A stretch of 64,000 nucleotides of DNA, taken from NCBI GenBank assembly GCA_050250255.1, contig JBFWOZ010000003.1, positions 68,239-132,238 of the forward strand. Direction: 5' to 3'. Positions 56,916-64,000 of this stretch are shown one piece after another; position 1 is the first letter of the stretch; each line of letters begins with the position of its first letter. The translations under genes were made by a program, and so were the position numbers. The notes beneath the pieces were generated by a model, which ran no database searches, was not told the origin of the DNA, and saw nothing but the letters and a program-made list of their open reading frames with translations. The stretch comes from Bdellovibrionales bacterium (GTDB taxonomy: Bacteria > Bdellovibrionota > Bdellovibrionia > Bdellovibrionales > DASUEL01).

Positions 56916-59687
56916 GGTTCCGAGTGCTTCCTTGAGAAGCTGCTCGAGTTCGCTGATGTGCATTTTTGGTGAACCAGTTGCGGGACTTGCGTTGGCTTTA
57001 CGACCTGCATACGTGAGATTTAGAAACTCTAACGTATTCAAACGAATGAATGACCAAGCGCCCATGTTTTGTGGTTCTTCTTGTGCCCAAACCCACGTGG
57101 CTTTTGCATATTTTTTTGCAAGCTCTTGAAGCTGTACTTTATCAAGAGGGTAGAGTTGCTCCACGCGTATGAAAGCGGTTTGTCCATCGACACCTTTTGT
57201 TTTTGCTTCTTTCTGAAGATCCCAATACACCTTTCCGCTACACACAACAACGCGTTTTGCTTTTGAAGCTTCCGCACCGCTCACGAGAAGTGTTTGGAAG
57301 GAACCATTGGTGAAGTCTTCTTTTTTAGAAACCACTTCGGGCATGCGGAGTGGGCTCTTTGGCGCCATTATAATTAATGGCTTACGAAATTTACGAACCA
57401 TTTGGCGACGTAAGAGATGCATGTATTGCGCGGGAGTTGTGGGGTAGGCCACTTGAATGTTTGCATCCGCACACTGCTGTAAAAATCGCTCTAAACGGGC
57501 GCTGGAATGTTCCGGTCCCTGACCTTCGTATCCATGTGGTAATAATAGAGTCAAACCGCTGTGACGATTCCATTTTTTCTCGGAAGAAACAATGAATTGA
57601 TCGATGATCACTTGGGCGCTATTCACGAAATCCCCAAATTGTCCTTCCCAAAGAACGAGCGTCTTAGGATCTGACAAACTAAATCCGTAATCGAAACCCA
57701 TCACCGAAAATTCGGAAAGAGGACTGTTCCAAGCGCTAAGTACACTGCCCTTCGCTTGAAGAGATTTGAGTGGAATTAATTTTTGACCATTTTCATGATC
57801 GGTCACCACGAGATGACGATGGCTGAAAGTTCCACGTCGTGCATCTTGTCCGCTTAAGCGGACACTGTAGCCATCCATCAAGAGAGAACCAAAGGCGAGT
57901 TGTTCGCCGGCCGCCCAATCAAGAGTATTTTCTTTTAAAATTGTTTCTTTGCGTGTCTCTAAAACCTTTTGAAGTTTTGGTAACAGCTTTGTGCCTTCAA
58001 ATGGCGGGTGTATCACATCGATGACTTGTTTAAATTGGTCTTCGCTAATTGCTGAATTTACGTTTGTTACCATCTCGGCTTCGGTTCCGGCTTTGAACCC
58101 ATCCCAAAGACTCTTGAAAGGGACGAGTGGTGGTGGAAGTTCGCCTTTTTTAATTTGTGTGAGAGTCGCCTCAAGCTCGTTTGAAAAATCCTGTACGATT
58201 TTTTTAGATTCTTCTTCAGTAATCACTCCGGCCTGAACCAACTCTTCGGCGTAAGTCGCGCGAGGAGATTTGATAGCGCCAATTTCATTATACATTTGAG
58301 GTTGAGTGAACCGCGGTTCATCACCTTCGTTATGCCCATATTTACGATAACAATAAATATCGACAAAAACATCGCGTTGAAATTTCACTCGGAATTCGCT
58401 GGCCACTTGCGCGGCGAACACCACATGCTCGGGTTTATTGCCGTTCACGTGAAGGATCGGAGCTTGAAGAGCTTTCGCGAAATCGGTGCAGTAGTTACCC
58501 GTACGCGCCTCGATAGGATCAGTGGTAAAGCCGATTTGGTTGTTGATTACAAGATGTACGGTTCCACCTGTGCGATAACCATCAAGGCCTGCCATATTTA
58601 AAGTTTCGGCGACCACCCCTTGTCCTACAACTGCGGCATCGCCATGAATGAGAACCGGAAGAACTTTTGAAAAATCTCCGTCATAAGTGCGCATTTGTTT
58701 TGCGCGCGCCATACCTTCAACAACGGGATTGACCGCTTCGAGATGGCTTGGGTTAAAGGCGAGAGAGAGATGCAATTTTCTTCCGTCGTACTCGACATCG
58801 CTCGAATAACCTAAATGATATTTTACGTCGCCGCCGCCTTCAAAGTCTGGTTTTTTTAATCCATCAAACTCCGCGAAGATAGAACCGTAAGGTTTCTTCA
58901 TGATGTTTGTGAGTACATTCAAGCGACCGCGATGAGCCATACCGAACACAACTTCGGCGCCACCATTTTGTGCGAAAACTTGATTCACGCGTTCCAGAGA
59001 GGGGATAAGACTTTCTCCGCCTTCTAATGAAAAACGTTTTTGCCCGGTGTAAGCTTTTTGCAAGAAAGTCTCGAACACTTCGGCCTTTGTGAGAGATTTT
59101 AAGATCTGAACTTTTTCTTCTTTTGAAAGTTGCGGCTGACTCTGAACGGATTCTAATTTTTGTGTGAGCCAATCCACCACGGTGTCATCATCGATGTAAG
59201 TGAATTCCGCACCAAGAGGACCGCAGTAAGTTTTTTCTAATTTTGCGACGACATCTTTTAAAGTTTCACCCTGAAAACCGGGGAGAGTGACCTTGCTATT
59301 GAGATCACTTCCTGAAGCATCTAATTTTTTTAATTGCGGAATAATTCCTGTTCTTTGCGCGGTACCGAGAGGACTAATTTTTGCTTTGTGATGTCCGAGT
59401 CTTCGATAATTATCGATGAGAATTCTTGCTTGTAGTTGAGAGTCGCCCGCCGCTCCCGAAATTTGTTTTGTAGCGGCACCGTTTGTAAGAGCCGCACCAT
59501 TGGTGTGGCCGTTTGCATGGCCGTTGACCGCGGGTTTTTCATATTCAGCCGACTCATGAAGTTCTTCGCCGAATTCCATTCCATCAAAAAATACTCTCCA
59601 ACTTGCAGGCACAAGCTGAGGATCTTGACGGTAAAGTTCACGGAGTTGTTCGAGATATTCTGGAGAAATTTGTGATAGATAGCTCAT
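56913..59687 (-). CDS. sucA: 2-oxoglutarate dehydrogenase E1
   Basis: KRFSLEG, GMAHRGRLN, GDVKYH, HGDAA..GQG, LLPHGYEGQGPEHSS. Confidence 0.96.
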   Translation of the reverse strand: MSYLSQISPEYLEQLRELYRQDPQLVPASWRVFFDGMEFGEELHESAEYEKPAVNGHANGHTNGAALTNGAATKQISGAAGDSQLQARILIDNYRRLGHHKAKISPLGTAQRTGIIPQLKKLDASGSDLNSKVTLPGFQGETLKDVVAKLEKTYCGPLGAEFTYIDDDTVVDWLTQKLESVQSQPQLSKEEKVQILKSLTKAEVFETFLQKAYTGQKRFSLEGGESLIPSLERVNQVFAQNGGAEVVFGMAHRGRLNVLTNIMKKPYGSIFAEFDGLKKPDFEGGGDVKYHLGYSSDVEYDGRKLHLSLAFNPSHLEAVNPVVEGMARAKQMRTYDGDFSKVLPVLIHGDAAVVGQGVVAETLNMAGLDGYRTGGTVHLVINNQIGFTTDPIEARTGNYCTDFAKALQAPILHVNGNKPEHVVFAAQVASEFRVKFQRDVFVDIYCYRKYGHNEGDEPRFTQPQMYNEIGAIKSPRATYAEELVQAGVITEEESKKIVQDFSNELEATLTQIKKGELPPPLVPFKSLWDGFKAGTEAEMVTNVNSAISEDQFKQVIDVIHPPFEGTKLLPKLQKVLETRKETILKENTLDWAAGEQLAFGSLLMDGYSVRLSGQDARRGTFSHRHLVVTDHENGQKLIPLKSLQAKGSVLSAWNSPLSEFSVMGFDYGFSLSDPKTLVLWEGQFGDFVNSAQVIIDQFIVSSEKKWNRHSGLTLLLPHGYEGQGPEHSSARLERFLQQCADANIQVAYPTTPAQYMHLLRRQMVRKFRKPLIIMAPKSPLRMPEVVSKKEDFTNGSFQTLLVSGAEASKAKRVVVCSGKVYWDLQKEAKTKGVDGQTAFIRVEQLYPLDKVQLQELAKKYAKATWVWAQEEPQNMGAWSFIRLNTLEFLNLTYAGRKANASPATGSPKMHISELEQLLKEALGT

Positions 59688-59758
59688 GATGATTTTATCG
59701 GATAGTTACGACACTCCATTGATAGACGTAAGTCTAGCAAAGGAGTGAATCACTGTCA

Positions 59759-61255
59759 TTATTCTAAAATCATCGAGTTGCGACTGACCTTTGAACTCGA
59801 GAGAAGTGTCTTTTCCCAAGACATAAGCACTTCGCTTAAACGGCCACGCGCAAGTTGTTCTGAAACCGCAGGTTCTTGAGGATTTTTAGTATCCTTTTTC
59901 GCCAGAGCGACATCGCTCGCCGCCTTATAGCGAATAGCATAAGCTTTTGATGCAAAGCGTACCACGCGATTTGCTAGAGGCTTTTGCGGAGTGAGTTCAA
60001 AAACAGTTTGCGTGAAATCTTCAACGGGGCCCACTTTAGGAATAGTTTGCGTCGTAAGATCGAAAGGGCCTGTGCTTTGCCATTTTAAGTTATTTTCTGC
60101 CACGACTTTGTTAAGGCGAGTATTGTCTTGCGCTTTTAAAGCTTCGTCTAATTGAGTCACTATTTTTTCAGCCTTTTGTGCAGCCGCTGCCTCTTTTGCC
60201 AATTCCATTTTGGCTTTTTCAAAAGGAATGCTCTGCGCTGGTTTTTTCTCCATCACTTTAATGAGGTGGTAACCAAATTGGCTTTTAACAGGCTCGCTCA
60301 CAATGCCAGGTTTTAACTCAAAAGCTGCTTTTTCAAAGGTTTCATCCATTTTCCCACGCGTGAAAAAACCAAGATCTCCCTTTTTTGCTTTTGAGCCAGG
60401 ATCTTCACTCGCTCGAGCTGCAAGATTGCCAAAATCTTCCGTTTTTGCGCGGCGGGCAAAATCTTGAGCCTTTTTAAGAGCCGCTTGCTCGCTAGCCGGT
60501 GTGTTGTCAAAACGAAATAAGATGTGGCTCGCGCGAACTTGTTCAGTGGTTTCATAACGTTGCTTGTTTTGTTCAAAGAGACTTTTTAACTTTGTTTCTG
60601 CATCGGGTTGCGCCAAGAAAGCTTGAACTTCGCTTTCGCTTACTGGCAGTTTTTGAACTTCATTGGTATCGACTTCGACGTAATCCGCATCGGCTCTTAA
60701 ATTTGCGAGTTCTTTATTTTTTTGAAGTTCCAGTTCTGTAGGCTTAAGAACATCTGACATGACCGAACGCACGCTACTCACACGCGCGGAATCTTTGAGG
60801 TCTTTCTCAAATTGGCCTGCGGAAATCTGAATTTGTTGGAGGTAGCCCTCGTAACGATCCCTTTGGAAGCGGCCATCTTTTTGGAAAGCGGGAATAGAGA
60901 GAATCTGATCACGGATTTGTGCGTCAGAAGCGCGAAAACCTGCTTGTTCTGCGGCTTGAGCAACCAATTTTTCACCGATGAGCTGCTCTAAAACATCATT
61001 TTTCAAACGCGCAAGCTGTGGGCCTGTAGGATTATAGTTCCCACCAAACATCATGGAGTAAAATTGAAGCCGCTGGTCAAATTGTCGTTTAAAATCGGCG
61101 ACAGAGATGATTTCGTGATTCACTTGGGCTGCGTAGCCTGCAGAACCGGAATCCACGGTTTTAAACCCGAAGAATACAAATACCAGAATAATCGCTCCGA
61201 AAAGAATATAGGCGGTCCAAGTTTGTCGTCGGCTGGCTTTTGTGACTTCAAGCAT
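59759..61255 (-). CDS. ppiD: SurA N-terminal domain / parvulin PPIase (PpiD-like)
   Basis: TM anchor, FQKDGRF..RY, VRASHIL, SEDPGS..KGDLGFF, SQFGYHLIK; start at AAGGAG-preceded ATG 61255. Confidence 0.82.
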   Translation of the reverse strand: MLEVTKASRRQTWTAYILFGAIILVFVFFGFKTVDSGSAGYAAQVNHEIISVADFKRQFDQRLQFYSMMFGGNYNPTGPQLARLKNDVLEQLIGEKLVAQAAEQAGFRASDAQIRDQILSIPAFQKDGRFQRDRYEGYLQQIQISAGQFEKDLKDSARVSSVRSVMSDVLKPTELELQKNKELANLRADADYVEVDTNEVQKLPVSESEVQAFLAQPDAETKLKSLFEQNKQRYETTEQVRASHILFRFDNTPASEQAALKKAQDFARRAKTEDFGNLAARASEDPGSKAKKGDLGFFTRGKMDETFEKAAFELKPGIVSEPVKSQFGYHLIKVMEKKPAQSIPFEKAKMELAKEAAAAQKAEKIVTQLDEALKAQDNTRLNKVVAENNLKWQSTGPFDLTTQTIPKVGPVEDFTQTVFELTPQKPLANRVVRFASKAYAIRYKAASDVALAKKDTKNPQEPAVSEQLARGRLSEVLMSWEKTLLSSSKVSRNSMILE

Positions 61256-61363
61256 GTTGTGTCTCCTTAGTGTTAGAGTGAATGTTATCACTCTGAATAG
61301 GATTTGATTCAAATCATTTTTTAGATGACACTTTTAGGTAGATCATAATCCGGGGGCATAATC

Positions 61364-62299
61364 TTGTTTCACTTATTTCAGTTTGACCTGAAGAAAGCTA
61401 TTTTGGTGGCCTTTGTCGTTGCGCTTCCATTACTCTCGATTAACATTCAACGTGGACCGGATGAACCACCTTGGTATGCCCAACCTTTTTCTTATGTTGC
61501 AGGCAATATTCAAAATGGTTACGCAAGCTTCAGCCAGGGTGTGCGTGGGACAGTTGCGCTTTATCTGAATTTGATTGATATTAAAGTCGACAATCGACTT
61601 TTAAAAAAAGAAATCGCGGAACTCAAAGCTCAGCTCGGACAGATGGCGGAACTTTCGCTAGAAAACGAAAGGCTGAACAAACTTCTTAACTTTCAACAGC
61701 AAGCGCCTATGAAACTTTTGGCCGCGCGAGTGACAGGCCAAGATCTCTTGCGAGATCATCGTACCATTCGCATCAATCGAGGGACTGAAGAAGGCATCGT
61801 AAAAGGCCTTGCGGTCATTACATTTGAAGGCGCCGTAGGTTACGTTTTAAATGCGGAGCCACACTCTTCCCAAGTTTTAGTCATTACCGATCGCTACGCG
61901 GTCGTGGATGCCCTCATTCAGAGGACAAGAGCTCGTGGAATTGTTGCGGGAGCTGCCATAGATCGCTGTCGATTAAAGTATCTTCACCGTGCAGATGATG
62001 TGGTGGAGGGTGATGTGATTGTGACGAGCGGCCTTGATAATATTTTTCCTAAAGGATTTCCGATCGCAACCGTTGTCGGTGTCGAAAAGAAAAATTACGG
62101 AATCACTCAAAAAGTGGATCTAAGGCCGATCGTCGATCCTTCGAGACTTGAAGAAGTGTTTGTGGTTCTCCATGTGGATAACGCTAAAATTCCTGATGTC
62201 AATGAACCTAAGCCAGACGCTGCATTGCCAGCAGCAGTAACGACAACAACAAAGTCAGCAACCGTAACGCCCACAACGACAAAACCTACGAAACAATGA
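61364..62299 (+). CDS. mreC: Rod shape-determining protein MreC
   Basis: Coiled coil ENERL.KLL, INRG..GI, GDVIVTSGL..IFPKG. Confidence 0.93.
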   Translation: MFHLFQFDLKKAILVAFVVALPLLSINIQRGPDEPPWYAQPFSYVAGNIQNGYASFSQGVRGTVALYLNLIDIKVDNRLLKKEIAELKAQLGQMAELSLENERLNKLLNFQQQAPMKLLAARVTGQDLLRDHRTIRINRGTEEGIVKGLAVITFEGAVGYVLNAEPHSSQVLVITDRYAVVDALIQRTRARGIVAGAAIDRCRLKYLHRADDVVEGDVIVTSGLDNIFPKGFPIATVVGVEKKNYGITQKVDLRPIVDPSRLEEVFVVLHVDNAKIPDVNEPKPDAALPAAVTTTTKSATVTPTTTKPTKQ

Positions 62300-62832
62300 C
62301 AGAGAAACGTAATATCCTTTTTCGATTCATAGCATTTGTGATTGTGACTCTTATCCTTGCAGGAGCGCAGACCTCTTTTTGGGTTCACGTGTTTGGTTCG
62401 ATGACGCCACCAGCGTTTTGGCTTATTGTGATTTTATATCTTTCGCTACAGAGAGAAAACAATGAAGGACTTCTAACAGTCTTTTTCTTAAGTTTTATAT
62501 TGGCGGTTTTTACTTCTCTGAACGACGGATTGCTCACCCTGACCCATCTTGCAATTTTCTTCACGGCACGTTTTGTGAAGTCACGGGTTTTTGCTTTTAG
62601 TGGATGGTACTTTGGTGCGGCTTGTGGCTTAGCTGTACCGTTTTTTTCGCTCTCCCATTTTTTATTATCGCAACCTTTCGATTCCAATCCACCGACAAAC
62701 ATTGAGTGGTTGGGCCTGTTGTTTCAAATCCCGCTCACCGCTTTCTTTGGTCTCGTTTTATTTCCCATGTTTCTCTTTATTGATTCTTTCTTTAAAGATG
62801 AAATCACGGAAAACTGGAGAGGAACTCTATGA
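62296..62832 (+). CDS. mreD: Rod shape-determining protein MreD (divergent)
   Basis: Hydrophobic 178-aa protein between mreC and mrdA with overlapping start/stop codons. Confidence 0.7.
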   Translation: MTEKRNILFRFIAFVIVTLILAGAQTSFWVHVFGSMTPPAFWLIVILYLSLQRENNEGLLTVFFLSFILAVFTSLNDGLLTLTHLAIFFTARFVKSRVFAFSGWYFGAACGLAVPFFSLSHFLLSQPFDSNPPTNIEWLGLLFQIPLTAFFGLVLFPMFLFIDSFFKDEITENWRGTL

Positions 62833-64000
62833 GTGACTTTTTAGCAAATCCTGATGAAACAAAAGAATTTGGGCCGCGCTACCGACTTCTTTATATTGCG
62901 ATCGCCGCGGTCATGGGCATTTTTGCTATTCGACTTTGGTATCTGCAAATCATTAAAGGAAGCGAACTCAGAAGCTTCTCCGAACAAAACCGCATTAAAG
63001 AAAATTACTTGCCGGCTCCACGAGGAATGGTGTTTGACCGAGACGGACGCGTGCTCGTTGATAACCGACCGGGTTTTGTTGCGACTTTAACTCCTCAATA
63101 CGTTGCGGATTTTGAAAAAACCGCGAATGCCATCAGCGCCGTTTTAAAAATTCCTGCTTCGTCGATTGTGAACCGCCTCAAAATTAGCAAAAGAAAAAAT
63201 GGTCACTCGTGGGCCGTGCGTATTAAAGAGAACTTGACGTTAGATGAAGTCGCAAGACTTGAGCGCATGAAACTCGACCATCCAGGGCTTGATATCGAAA
63301 TGGCGATCACTCGTAGTTATCACTTGGCGGGAAGTGGCGCGCAGATGTTTGGTTATGTGGGTGAGATTTCCGAATATGAATTAAATCGCGTGAACAAAGA
63401 TCGACCGCTGGAATCCAGATTTCGTCAGGGTGAACTCATAGGTAAAAGTGGGTTGGAACAAGTGTATGACGGCCAACTCCGAGGGAAAAAGGGTCTAGAA
63501 TTTGCTCAAGTTGATGCGCGTGGACGGCAGGTGGAATCAAAGGATGTGGATCTTCTTCAAGACATGCCTCAGTTTGTAGATGCGGAGCCAGGCGAAAATC
63601 TCGTGCTCAATATCGATAAAGACATTCAAGACGCGGCTTATAAATCTTTTGTAGTAGAGAACCAAAGAATCGGTGCGGTCGTCGCGATGAATCCCAACAA
63701 CGGAGAAGTTCTCGCGTGGTTGAGTGCGCCTACTTATGATCCGAACGAGTTTTCAAAGGGAATTACCGCGAAGCTCTGGTCTGATTTAGCCAGTGATCCT
63801 TTCCAAATTCTGCGAAACAAAGTCATCCAAACGCATACGCCTCCAGGATCTACATTTAAAGCGGTGGTCGCGCTGGCGTCTCTTCAGGAAAAGTTGATCA
63901 CTCCACGCACGACATTCTTCTGTCGTGGGGCCTTAAAGTTTGGACGTCGTAATTATCACTGCCATATTAAGTATGGTCATGTGGACGTAAACGTTTACCA
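62829..64000 (+). CDS. mrdA: Penicillin-binding protein 2, truncated by window end
   Basis: Read from sequence (absent from ORF track): MSDFLANPDETKEF..RLWYLQII..PAPRG.VFDRDG..GYVGEI..GKSGLE..PGSTFK (SxxK). Confidence 0.92.
   Translation, partial: MSDFLANPDETKEFGPRYRLLYIAIAAVMGIFAIRLWYLQIIKGSELRSFSEQNRIKENYLPAPRGMVFDRDGRVLVDNRPGFVATLTPQYVADFEKTANAISAVLKIPASSIVNRLKISKRKNGHSWAVRIKENLTLDEVARLERMKLDHPGLDIEMAITRSYHLAGSGAQMFGYVGEISEYELNRVNKDRPLESRFRQGELIGKSGLEQVYDGQLRGKKGLEFAQVDARGRQVESKDVDLLQDMPQFVDAEPGENLVLNIDKDIQDAAYKSFVVENQRIGAVVAMNPNNGEVLAWLSAPTYDPNEFSKGITAKLWSDLASDPFQILRNKVIQTHTPPGSTFKAVVALASLQEKLITPRTTFFCRGALKFGRRNYHCHIKYGHVDVNVY

Noticed and set aside
54467..59675. Numerous 60-120 aa ORFs overlapping lpdA, sucB and sucA (and similar ones across the window)
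   Set aside because: Antisense or off-frame shadows of well-supported genes, with no motifs or RBS

Overview
Chromosomal window from a bacterium of moderate GC (about 40-45% by eye). The gene content points to a Bdellovibrionota-like predator (inference): a TIGR02147-type HTH protein, many Cys-rich exported orphans, and RNase HI with a C-terminal hybrid-binding domain. The housekeeping backbone is xerD-like recombinase, comM, tRNA-Leu, tRNA-Cys, lexA-dinB, rnhA, pepN, dcp, lgt, sdhCAB, clsB, nrnA, mgtE, greA, sucAB-lpdA, ppiD and mreCD-mrdA. Accessory pieces are interspersed: a deoxysugar/polyprenol-linked glycosylation cluster, a sigma54-type lipoprotein operon, a small tRNA-Cys islet with HigBA, and a minimal eutB-eutC-eutL-ltaE operon. 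The most unusual signal is a RAYT-type HUH tyrosine transposase gene bracketed by inverted copies of GGGACGGAGC, with further copies of this 10-mer concentrated in the surrounding 6.4 kb, including in-frame inside intact genes. Two other palindromic repeat families are present, one anchored on stop codons. No CRISPR array, rRNA or prophage was seen. All calls are from reading the sequence by eye, without database searches.
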